Of a stretch of DNA of 34,716 bases, positions 7,950-16,067 are shown piece after piece; positions within the stretch are counted from its first letter, which is position 1; each line of letters begins with the position of its first letter. Under the pieces are notes generated by a model. That model ran no database searches. It was not told the origin of the DNA and worked only from the letters and a program-made list of their open reading frames with translations. Origin of the DNA: Nitrospirota bacterium (GTDB lineage: Bacteria; Nitrospirota; Thermodesulfovibrionia; Thermodesulfovibrionales; Dissulfurispiraceae); the NCBI GenBank assembly GCA_040758355.1, contig JBFLWF010000026.1, forward strand, positions 1 through 34,716, given 5' to 3'. A program made the translations under genes and the position numbers.

Positions 7950-9803
7950 GTGCGGCGTATGCAGCCCGGTATGTCCTTCCAAAGGGCAAAAGGGGTTGGC
8001 TTTATTGCCCTTTTTTCCATTTCAGTCACTGCCTATTATCTCATATGGCGTCTCGACACATTTAATCCAGAGGCAATGGTTTTTTCCATTATACTTTACA
8101 GCGCGGAAATATATGGCTTCATAACAACCCTGATGTTCTTTTTCATGACATGGAAACCAACAGAGAGGATTCCCATGGCCCCTGAACAGGGTTTCACCGT
8201 TGATGTATTCATTCCAACACTGAACGAGGATGCGGAACTGCTCAGGAAGACGGTTTTAGGATGCCTTAATATGGGTTACCCTCACGGGACTTATATCCTC
8301 GATGACGGCAGGAGGCCGGAGGTTGAGGCCCTTGCAAAAGAACTCGGCTGCGAATATATAGCGAGGAATGTCAACAGGGATGCAAAGGCAGGGAATCTCA
8401 ACCATGCCCTCGGCAGGACAGATGGCGATTTCATTGCTGTCTTTGATGCAGACCATGTGCCGCAGCCTGATTTCCTTGAAAGGCTCCTCGGATATTTCAG
8501 GGATGAAAGTGTTGCCTTTGTCCAGACACCGCAGGATTTTTACAATATAGACTCTTTTCAACACAGATTGACAAAAGGCAAGAAACTATGGAGCGAACAG
8601 TCTCTATTCTATTCCCTTATACAGGCAGGAAAAGACAGATGGAATGCAACCTATTTCTGCGGGAGTTGTGCAATTTTAAGGCGAAAGGCATTGGAGGATA
8701 TAGGAGGATTTGCCACAGGCACGGTGACCGAAGACCTGCATACATCGATAAGGCTCCATGCGAGGGGATGGAAATCCGTTTACCATAACGAGAGCCTTGC
8801 ATACGGCATTGCTGCCCCTGTCTTTTATCCTTTTCAGAGACAGAGGCTTAGATGGGGGCAGGGGGCAATGCAGGTTCTGATAAGGGATAATCCCCTTTTC
8901 ATAAAGGGGCTTACTATTGCACAGAGGATTTGCTATCTGGCATCGATGACAACATATTTTGACGGCTTTCAGAAGGCTGTTTATTATTTCTCACCCATTA
9001 TTATCCTCTCTACAGGTCTTTATCCAATTATGGCATTCGATACGGATTTCCTCATCAGGTTTATCCCGCACCTCGGTCTTTCCATCTGGGCATACGAGGA
9101 GATGTCAAGGGGGTTCGGGAGAACCTTCCTCATAGAGCAGTATAGCATGATAAGGTTTTATACCCTCATCAGGTCTATTACAGGATTTTTAAAAAATAAG
9201 AGGCTGCGATTTAAGGTGACGCCAAAGACAGAATATAAAAAGACAGACCTTAAAATGCTCTTACCCCAGGTTTTGATACTTTCAGGAAGCGTTATAGCCA
9301 TCTCATATGCCATATCAGGGCTTGCCGCTTATAAAATTGAAAGGGGGATTGTTATAGCCAATATCTTCTGGGCTATTGTGAATACAGGCCTTTCATATGC
9401 TGCTGTTAAATACGCAATAGAGAAGATCCAGAGGAGAAGGGACTTCAGGTTCCCTGCCAATATCCTCGCAAGAAACCGTTTGATTGTAGTTGATGACCTC
9501 CACGAAAGAGGGGCGTCGATCCAGACAACCGAGAGGTTTGAGCTTGGATCCATATTATCATTACGCCTTTCCCTCGGTGACAAGACAGTTGAAATAAAGG
9601 GCATAGTCCTTTATATGAAAAAGAGCACTAATAGAAGAATCCCTGTCTACCACTATGGCATTGAGTTTGAGAAAAACGCAATGGATGTAAAGGATGCCAT
9701 TACTGCATATAATTTTTCCTTTGCCGTTAAGAAGATGATGACAGGCTTTTCTTTTGCGGGCATGACCCCTCTGGCAAACCTGCGGGCATATTTAAAACTG
9801 TAA
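7950..9803 (+). CDS. bcsA: Second BcsA-like GT2 glucan synthase (single PilZ)
   Basis: Same catalytic motifs (DADH, YFCGS, TED, QRLRW); long near-identical DNA stretches shared with 4880-7078; start uncertain (7950 GTG or 7959 ATG). Confidence 0.87.
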   Translation: MRRMQPGMSFQRAKGVGFIALFSISVTAYYLIWRLDTFNPEAMVFSIILYSAEIYGFITTLMFFFMTWKPTERIPMAPEQGFTVDVFIPTLNEDAELLRKTVLGCLNMGYPHGTYILDDGRRPEVEALAKELGCEYIARNVNRDAKAGNLNHALGRTDGDFIAVFDADHVPQPDFLERLLGYFRDESVAFVQTPQDFYNIDSFQHRLTKGKKLWSEQSLFYSLIQAGKDRWNATYFCGSCAILRRKALEDIGGFATGTVTEDLHTSIRLHARGWKSVYHNESLAYGIAAPVFYPFQRQRLRWGQGAMQVLIRDNPLFIKGLTIAQRICYLASMTTYFDGFQKAVYYFSPIIILSTGLYPIMAFDTDFLIRFIPHLGLSIWAYEEMSRGFGRTFLIEQYSMIRFYTLIRSITGFLKNKRLRFKVTPKTEYKKTDLKMLLPQVLILSGSVIAISYAISGLAAYKIERGIVIANIFWAIVNTGLSYAAVKYAIEKIQRRRDFRFPANILARNRLIVVDDLHERGASIQTTERFELGSILSLRLSLGDKTVEIKGIVLYMKKSTNRRIPVYHYGIEFEKNAMDVKDAITAYNFSFAVKKMMTGFSFAGMTPLANLRAYLKL

Positions 9804-9886
9804 ATCGCGCAACATGTTTTTACATATTTCATTTCTGGTTAAATGATTGATTTATCAATCGCTCATCGGATTCATAATTTTAAATA

Positions 9887-9903
9887 TGTCTAAAGGCTTT
9901 ACA
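9887..9903. promoter_or_regulatory. Upstream activator sequence (TGT-N11-ACA) for P4
   Basis: TGTCTAAAGGCTTTACA, 71 bp before the GG. Confidence 0.78.
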
Positions 9904-9937
9904 CTGGTCATAACCAATCCCCTTCCGAACCCAGCAA

Positions 9938-9950
9938 AATCAAGGGTTTA
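9938..9950 (+). promoter_or_regulatory. IHF-binding site
   Basis: AATCAAGGGTTTA is an exact match to WATCAANNNNTTR, between the enhancer and the promoter. Confidence 0.7.
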
Positions 9951-9956
9951 AAACTC

Positions 9957-9971
9957 TGGCATATCCTTTGC
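9957..9971 (+). promoter_or_regulatory. sigma54 -24/-12 promoter P4 (fap operon)
   Basis: TGGCAT-ATCCT-TTGC. Confidence 0.85.
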
Positions 9972-9984
9972 GTATTAATAAAGC

Positions 9985-10068
9985 ATGGAAACGATCGACA
10001 GATATTCAATAGCAGCTTTAGTCGCAGCAGTCTTTTATTTCCTGATAATGCTCGCTGCAGGCAGGTGA
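9985..10068 (+). CDS. Putative near-leaderless 27-aa single-TM micro-protein
   Basis: Hand translation METIDRYSIAALVAAVFYFLIMLAAGR. The ATG is about at the predicted +1 of P4, and the stop is 1 nt before the next ATG. Confidence 0.45.
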   Translation: METIDRYSIAALVAAVFYFLIMLAAGR

Positions 10069-10069
10069 G

Positions 10070-10447
10070 ATGAAAAGACCGATTTTGATAATCTGGCTCA
10101 TTATCTGTCTTTTGCCCTTAACGGTAAAGGCAGAAGAGCCAGTTAAAGCTCCGGCAGGGGAGGGTGCAATCCTTGCCTTATCCCCCCACAGGCCTTGGAT
10201 CAAATTTGAGCCCCCCCTGCAGGAGTGGGAAAGAGAAGGGATAAGAAGTATCAGTGCTGATGAGATGGCTGATATAAGGGGTCGATCCCTGAAACCAGCC
10301 TCTACGCCAACATCTTCGGATGTTCAGCCCTCGTCCAGGGTGTCTGCCATAATTCTCTGGGATGAGGCGCATATAAATACCAATATGAGCGTGTCCATTG
10401 GACACAACAATAGGATGGTTAACTCATTAACTGTCACGGACAGATAA
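10070..10447 (+). CDS. Secreted Fap-operon accessory protein (fapA position; FapE-like motif)
   Basis: Signal peptide ending VKA; internal ISADEMADIRG motif; lies immediately before fapB. Confidence 0.65.
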   Translation: MKRPILIIWLIICLLPLTVKAEEPVKAPAGEGAILALSPHRPWIKFEPPLQEWEREGIRSISADEMADIRGRSLKPASTPTSSDVQPSSRVSAIILWDEAHINTNMSVSIGHNNRMVNSLTVTDR

Positions 10448-10463
10448 AAAAGGAGGTGAGAAA

Positions 10464-11111
10464 ATGAAAAAGTTTCAGACCAATCTATTAGTATCCCTCA
10501 TGGCGCCGGCCATTATATCAACGGCCATTATATCAAGTGCCATTACAACTGTTGATGCCGGGGATGGTCTTATTATTAACCAGACCAATATATCGGGCAA
10601 TGCCCTCTCCGACTCAAGAGGTATTATCGGTGTAAACATGGCTGCCGGCGATGAAAACGCCCAGGTCAATGCAAGGGCAATAGTAATAGGTGAAGGGGTA
10701 CCGGTCTTATCAGACCTGAATATCCAGCAAAGGATTCACAATAAATTGACCCTCGGTTCACCTTCCTACAACCTCGATTATATTGGCGGCGATGCCTTTG
10801 CAGGAAGCGCAGGTATTATCTCCATTAACCAGACAGCAGGGAGCGGCACAGCACAGGCAAATCTTGTATCTATAGGCATTGGAGGCGGAAATGCTGTTCA
10901 GGCATCCCAGGCATCCATGGAACAACTGCTCATGTCCTATGGCAAGGTGGAAGGCAGTCTTGAGGGATACGAGGGGAAACGGTCTGACATCATCGATGGA
11001 AATGCCTTTTCAGGCAGCCATGGACTGGTTGTGGTAAACCAGTCAGCCGGATCAGCCAATCGTGTTTTTAACACAGTGGCTATCCAGTTTAAAGTTATTG
11101 AAATTCCATAA
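10464..11111 (+). CDS. fapB: FapB-like amyloid nucleator/minor subunit
   Basis: RBS AGGAGGT; signal peptide; three imperfect repeats of IxG(N/D)A(L/F)xxxxGxxx(V/I)NxxAGxxxxxxN. Confidence 0.82.
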   Translation: MKKFQTNLLVSLMAPAIISTAIISSAITTVDAGDGLIINQTNISGNALSDSRGIIGVNMAAGDENAQVNARAIVIGEGVPVLSDLNIQQRIHNKLTLGSPSYNLDYIGGDAFAGSAGIISINQTAGSGTAQANLVSIGIGGGNAVQASQASMEQLLMSYGKVEGSLEGYEGKRSDIIDGNAFSGSHGLVVVNQSAGSANRVFNTVAIQFKVIEIP

Positions 11112-11127
11112 AAAGGAGGAAAGAAAG

Positions 11128-12576
11128 ATGAAACGATTCATATTATCAATCGCTGCGATGGCTCTTACGCTGAGTCCATTTGTTGCACAGGCTGGTGACT
11201 ACAATCATGTCATCGACATCGAACAGTCCCTCGCTGTGAGCATCGAGAAGAATATCTATGAGAATACGAGTGTCGAAAACCATAAATACCTCGATGTGAG
11301 CATCGATGCTGATATCAAAATTAAAGGAAGCGAAGGGTATCGGCGTTGGAGGTACCTCACTGTGGACGGTCTTGCATCTGCCGAGATCAACAACAACCAG
11401 TTACTCAAAGAGAACATGGTTATTAACGAGGAGAACCCAAATACTGCAACTATCAGTGGCAGTGCACTTGAGGGCGCTGAAGGCAACATAGGTGTTAATA
11501 TTGTGGCAGGCGACAACAATGCCCAGGACAATCTGACAGCCATTGCCGCATCAGAGCAGGAAAAGTCAATGGCGGACGCTGAGATATTCAAGATACAGTC
11601 GAGCCTGTTGAACTTCACCTGCAACAAGGGAAGGACAAACAGCGCCTCTTTGGACGGCGATGCCTTCATGGGTGCAACAGGAAACATAGGTGTTAATGTT
11701 GCAGCAGGAAACAACAATGCCCAGTCCAATATGTTAGCCATTGCTGTCGCACCTTCAAAGGTCGGCATAGCAAAGGTGAGCATACACCAGGAATCAGCAG
11801 GAAACATGACCATGAACAAGCCTGTAAAGGTGGAAGAAGTGCAAAGAATACCTGTGAGCCTTAGACTCTCTGCAAACCTTAACGGCGGTTATGAAGGTGG
11901 ATATATCGGATTTGCAGGCGGCAGCTACAGCGGCAGAGAAAGCGGAACATACAGAGGCAGTGAAAGTGGAACAACGAGCGGAATGAGCTATCAGGCAAAC
12001 AACTTCTATCCTGACACATGGGTAGTTAATGAGAGATACCCTGCACATGACCAGCATCCGCACAGCCCTGAACAGATAGGACACAACGACATGGACTACC
12101 AGACACAGGGTGCCATGATCAATCCATACAGACCTGTTGGGAGTACACAAACAGTGTATGTAGTTGTTCCAGATGGTGAAGGTGGATTTAAAACAGAAGG
12201 AAGAGTAATAACAGTAGAAGACCCGGTTGGCGGCCTCGCATTTGACAACAGAGGCGAATACAGAGGCTCAGAAAGCGGAACATACTCCGGCTCAGAGAGC
12301 GGATCATACGGCGGAATGGAGATCGGCTATGAAGGCGGAGAACTCGGCGGCTCAATACTCGGCACGGTTAGCGGCAACATCCCTGTCGTGATAAGGAGAA
12401 ATGTTAACATGATTAACACAGCATCCCTTAGCGGAAATGCACTTAGGGGCGCAACAGGAAACATCGGTGTTAACATCGCAGCAGGTACAGGCAATCTCCA
12501 GGCCAATGCATTAGCAGTGACATACATTGCGCCTATTAATGGCGGCGGCAATGGCGGCGGCGAAGGTTTAAAGTAA
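11128..12576 (+). CDS. fapC: FapC-like major functional amyloid subunit
   Basis: RBS AGGAGG, ATG 11128, signal peptide ending AQA. Three N(T/S)AxxxGxAxxGAxGNIGVNxxAGxxNxQxN repeats at ~11440, ~11638 and ~12415, with a long second linker. Confidence 0.88.
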   Translation: MKRFILSIAAMALTLSPFVAQAGDYNHVIDIEQSLAVSIEKNIYENTSVENHKYLDVSIDADIKIKGSEGYRRWRYLTVDGLASAEINNNQLLKENMVINEENPNTATISGSALEGAEGNIGVNIVAGDNNAQDNLTAIAASEQEKSMADAEIFKIQSSLLNFTCNKGRTNSASLDGDAFMGATGNIGVNVAAGNNNAQSNMLAIAVAPSKVGIAKVSIHQESAGNMTMNKPVKVEEVQRIPVSLRLSANLNGGYEGGYIGFAGGSYSGRESGTYRGSESGTTSGMSYQANNFYPDTWVVNERYPAHDQHPHSPEQIGHNDMDYQTQGAMINPYRPVGSTQTVYVVVPDGEGGFKTEGRVITVEDPVGGLAFDNRGEYRGSESGTYSGSESGSYGGMEIGYEGGELGGSILGTVSGNIPVVIRRNVNMINTASLSGNALRGATGNIGVNIAAGTGNLQANALAVTYIAPINGGGNGGGEGLK

Positions 12577-12586
12577 AAAACTTGTT

Positions 12587-12623
12587 AAGGCACTGGCGCT
12601 CTGCGCCGGTGCCTTTCCTTTTT
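12587..12623 (+). terminator. Intra-operon hairpin/intrinsic terminator after fapC
   Basis: AAGGCACTGGCGC-TCT-GCGCCGGTGCCTT followed by TCCTTTTT. Confidence 0.75.
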
Positions 12624-12630
12624 AAAAACC

Positions 12631-13374
12631 ATGGCAAGTGGTGAAGACATGAGATCAAAGGTCATAAAATACAGCCTTTCCATCTTTATCCCCGGCTTTA
12701 TCCTGTTATCCGGCTTTTTGTGCGGTTGCTTGTTCCTATCTTCGGAAATCATGGCTGCTGAACTGTCTGTAAGGACTCCGTATGGAGCCCCCATCAATAA
12801 ACGGGTTATGAGCATGAAGGAAATGAAGTTCAGGAATATCATACGCCAGGAGACGGATTTCAGTTGCGGAGCTGCATCCATGGCTACCATAATGAGGTAT
12901 TTCTACGACGATGCCAATGCCTCTGAGAATGAGATTGTGGAGTGGTTGTTAAAAAACGGCGATGCAGAGAAGATCCAGGAGAGGGGCTTTTCCCTTCTTG
13001 ACCTCAAGATATATGCCCAGAATATAGGCTACAAGGCGGATGGGTATATGGTAAAGCCGGAGCAACTGCCTAAGATAAAGATTCCCACCATAGTGCTCAT
13101 GAATACAAACGGCTACTCCCATTTTGTTGTGCTGAAAGGTGTGCTGGATGGCACGGCATATGTTGCCGACCCTGCCCTTGGAAACAGGAGAGTGCCAATG
13201 GATGAATTTCTTAATGCATGGAATGGGATAGTATTTGTGGTTCATGGAAAGGAGATGTCATCCACATATGGCAGGTTTGATGGACCTTTGAGCGTAAACA
13301 AGGCTGAGATATGGAGGTTAAATGATCTCATGATGAGAAACCTATTTATGAATGCCATGGAATTTAGAAGGTAG
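12631..13374 (+). CDS. fapD: FapD-like C39 cysteine peptidase
   Basis: RQETDFSCGAA (Q/C), YSHFVV (H), VADPALG (D); hydrophobic N-terminal export signal; start may be 12649. Confidence 0.9.
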   Translation: MASGEDMRSKVIKYSLSIFIPGFILLSGFLCGCLFLSSEIMAAELSVRTPYGAPINKRVMSMKEMKFRNIIRQETDFSCGAASMATIMRYFYDDANASENEIVEWLLKNGDAEKIQERGFSLLDLKIYAQNIGYKADGYMVKPEQLPKIKIPTIVLMNTNGYSHFVVLKGVLDGTAYVADPALGNRRVPMDEFLNAWNGIVFVVHGKEMSSTYGRFDGPLSVNKAEIWRLNDLMMRNLFMNAMEFRR

Positions 13375-13384
13375 GAGGTTATGT

Positions 13385-14008
13385 ATGTTTATAGGAAGAT
13401 TAAATAAGGTCTTTGCCTTGCTGATAGCAGGCATGTTTCTGTTCCTGTCCCCTGCGCTGAGCTATGGGTTCGATGGATTGGGACTGAACCCAAAGACCGC
13501 TGAAAAGGTAAGCGATTCTGCAATGGATGAGATGAGGGGAAAATATTACGGTTTTTATTTCTCTATTAACTTCACAGGTTATTGGGATACCCTTGGCTCA
13601 ATACCAACGGCAAAAATTACCTACAATGCTGGTTTAGGCAGATCTAATACATCAGGCAGCGTAAATATTGTAGGCACTCAGGATAATATCAGTCTGTCCA
13701 CATCCTCTGTACCTGATAATTCATCCACTAATAATTCATCCAGCAACTCTGACTCTGTAATATCCTCATCCAGTAGCTCAGGGACTTCTGATTCATCCAG
13801 TTCATCCAATGAGCCTGCGGTAAAAACCACTGCGGTTATAGGTGGAAGTGGTCTGAACGGTTCAGGCGGTGTTATGCAGTTGACACAGGTTCCTGGAAGC
13901 CAGAATTTCGTCTACAGCGGGATTGTTATCAACCTCAGCATATTCAACATAAAAGACGCTGCTGATAGCAGTCTCAGGAGTGTGCTTTCGAGCATAACAG
14001 GTTTATAA
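13385..14008 (+). CDS. fapE: FapE-like secreted protein with Ser-rich linker
   Basis: RBS GGAGGT; signal peptide; VSDSAMDEMRG motif; C-terminal GVMQLTQVPGSQN..IVIN repeat-like segment; lies between fapD and fapF. Confidence 0.75.
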   Translation: MFIGRLNKVFALLIAGMFLFLSPALSYGFDGLGLNPKTAEKVSDSAMDEMRGKYYGFYFSINFTGYWDTLGSIPTAKITYNAGLGRSNTSGSVNIVGTQDNISLSTSSVPDNSSTNNSSSNSDSVISSSSSSGTSDSSSSSNEPAVKTTAVIGGSGLNGSGGVMQLTQVPGSQNFVYSGIVINLSIFNIKDAADSSLRSVLSSITGL

Positions 14009-14060
14009 CAATGTATACACTTACATATGTAAACAAAGATAGCGGCAATGAGTGAGATAG

Positions 14061-14098
14061 GGGGTTTAAGAGGTTCTATCACTTAAACCCCTTTTCTT
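14061..14098 (+). terminator. Intrinsic terminator-like hairpin between fapE and fapF
   Basis: GGGGTTTAAG-N11-CTTAAACCCC followed by TTTTCTT. Confidence 0.7.
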
Positions 14099-14215
14099 CA
14101 GCCAAGAAATACTTATCTTTAATATAATTGAAATTTTTTAATGCATTACCGGATATTGACACAGAATCACGAATAACCGGAAAGGGTTATAAAATTTCTA
14201 AGGGAGGATTTGAAA

Positions 14216-15229
14216 ATGAGAAGGAAATGGATTTTGTTTATGGTTGTTTCGTTGCTTGCCTTTGTATTGTCTGTACCCGCAATATATGCTGAGGAAAAAC
14301 AGGAGAAAAAAGAAAAAGAGCTGACATCCGGCCAGGAAACCATACTCATTGAAAAGGGAGGAATCCTGCTCTCTCCGGGGACATTCGTTGTTGAGCCCGG
14401 TGTCTCATACTCCCATACATCGCGGGCAAGGATATCCATCAGCGGTTTTACATTGCTTGAGGCCATAGTTATAGGCAGGATTATTACCGAAGACATAAAA
14501 AGGGATGTCGTTACCCCATTCGTAAATCTTCGATACGGTTTGGCTAAGGATCTCCAGATCGAGGTAAAAGTGCCATGGATGTACAGGAGGGACAAAGAGG
14601 TCTGGGTTTCTGGCAATTCCGAAATAGAAAGAACGGTTGATGATAACAACCTAGGCGATATAGAGGCTGCACTAAACTATCAGCTTTTAAGGGAAAGGGG
14701 TGCATGGCCGGATATCGTCTTGAATATAAGAGGGAAGTCCAGGACGGGTAATGACCCTTATGGCCTGAAAACAGAGTTAATTGACGGGAAACAGAGGCCT
14801 GTGGAATTGCCCACAGGAAGCGGCCATTACGGCCTTTCTGCAGGTCTTACATTTGTTAGATCAAGCGATCCCGCAGTGCTTTTTGCGACCCTCGGATATT
14901 TTTATAACTTTGAGAGGAATGTAGGGGTTGAAGGCGGTGTTGATTACGGAAAGGTAAAGCCTGGAGACAGCCTTGAGTTTGGTGTCGGCATGGCGTATGC
15001 GCTCAATGAAAAGCTCTCTACCAGCATTTCCTACCAGCAGAGGTTTACCTTCAAGACAAAACAGAATGGAAACAGGGTTGCCAATTCCGATGCGAATGTG
15101 GGAAGCCTGTTATTTGGTGTCAGTCATGCCCTGGGTGCCAAAACTTCCTTGAGTTTTTCCGTGGGGGTAGGACTTACAAAAGATGCGCCTGATGTAACGG
15201 TGGAACTGAGAGTGCCTATCACTCTTTAA
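14216..15229 (+). CDS. fapF: FapF-like outer-membrane beta-barrel amyloid transporter (COG4313/SphA-like)
   Basis: RBS GGGAGG; signal peptide; GDIE, TGNDPY, LPTGSG, SDPAVLF, PGDS and GLTKDAPD motifs typical of FapF. Confidence 0.88.
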   Translation: MRRKWILFMVVSLLAFVLSVPAIYAEEKQEKKEKELTSGQETILIEKGGILLSPGTFVVEPGVSYSHTSRARISISGFTLLEAIVIGRIITEDIKRDVVTPFVNLRYGLAKDLQIEVKVPWMYRRDKEVWVSGNSEIERTVDDNNLGDIEAALNYQLLRERGAWPDIVLNIRGKSRTGNDPYGLKTELIDGKQRPVELPTGSGHYGLSAGLTFVRSSDPAVLFATLGYFYNFERNVGVEGGVDYGKVKPGDSLEFGVGMAYALNEKLSTSISYQQRFTFKTKQNGNRVANSDANVGSLLFGVSHALGAKTSLSFSVGVGLTKDAPDVTVELRVPITL

Positions 15230-15280
15230 AAAAGACGAGGACTTGAGAATCTATTTATAACTGATAAGGAGGATTGCCAG

Positions 15281-15802
15281 ATGAGGTTGTTAAAGATATT
15301 ATGCCCGCTCGTGTTGTCCATTTTATTAATTGCAGGTTCTGTATTTGCGGCATCTAAGATATGTTTTATAAGCATCCAGCAGGTTATCGATGAATCCAGT
15401 GCCGGCAAAGATGCACAGACAGAGATGCAAAAGCTCCGCAATGAGCATCAGAAAATCCTTAAACAGAGAGTGGATGAGCTGAACAAACTCAACGAAGAGA
15501 TGAAAAAGCTCGGCTCTGCCGACCAAAAGGCAAAAAGGCTTCAGCAGGATTATCAGAAAAAACTCAGAGAATATAATGATTTGACAGTTAGGCTACAAAA
15601 AGAGGCAAGACAGAAAGATGTGGAACTCACAGAGAAGATTGCATTCAAGGTCAGGGAGTTGGCCGGCAAGATGGCAAAGGAGAAAGGGATAGATTATGTG
15701 TTTGAGCGTGTTGGAAGCAGCATCATAGTCTTTCCTTCTGAGGGCGATATAACAAAGGAAGTCATAAATAGATACGATGAAGAGTATTCAGGAAATAAGT
15801 AA
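15281..15802 (+). CDS. skp: OmpH/Skp periplasmic chaperone
   Basis: Signal peptide, KICFISIQQV, long coiled coil, GIDYVF and DITKEVI. Confidence 0.85.
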   Translation: MRLLKILCPLVLSILLIAGSVFAASKICFISIQQVIDESSAGKDAQTEMQKLRNEHQKILKQRVDELNKLNEEMKKLGSADQKAKRLQQDYQKKLREYNDLTVRLQKEARQKDVELTEKIAFKVRELAGKMAKEKGIDYVFERVGSSIIVFPSEGDITKEVINRYDEEYSGNK

Positions 15803-16054
15803 ATGAAAGGGTTTATAAAGATTGTCCTGTTTTTAGGCATCATTGTATTTGCCCTCTACATTGGCTGGGGATGGGGCAGAATAGATGCGTGGTCTGAAGG
15901 CTACAACCATGCAATTGATGAGGTAAAGATGGAATTGAAATCTGCCATTGAAGACGGTGTGCCATTCTGGTTCGGCGACATAAGATTCGTTCCGCGCAGG
16001 AACGGCACTGCCAAAGCAGTTATAGTAAAGGCAGAGGATGAAGGAGCAACGTGA
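15803..16054 (+). CDS. Small membrane-anchored hypothetical protein
   Basis: Abuts the skp stop; N-terminal TM helix. Confidence 0.7.
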   Translation: MKGFIKIVLFLGIIVFALYIGWGWGRIDAWSEGYNHAIDEVKMELKSAIEDGVPFWFGDIRFVPRRNGTAKAVIVKAEDEGAT

Positions 16055-16067
16055 AAATAAGTCCAGG

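Noticed and set aside
9799..9814. TGT-N10-ACA (NifA-type) site, and a TGT-N12-ACA palindrome at 4718-4735
   Set aside because: Spacing differs from the N11 consensus and there is no nif context. They could be secondary sites but are unsupported.
11884..12330. Short DNA repeats (e.g. GAAAGCGGAACATAC) that could suggest a CRISPR or tandem array
   Set aside because: They are in-frame coding repeats of the FapC linker, with no repeat-spacer structure and no cas genes.
10464..12576. Curli (CsgA/B) or ice-nucleation protein identity
   Set aside because: Repeat length (~37 aa), the GNIGVNxAAG consensus and the C39/FapF neighbours fit Fap, and there is no csgG.
12631..13374. Bacteriocin ABC exporter
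   Set aside because: This is a stand-alone exported C39 domain with no ABC/TM domains, in a fap context.
14123..14195. Internal sigma70 promoter for fapF (TATAAT at 14123, TTGACA at 14156)
   Set aside because: No correctly spaced -35/-10 pair.
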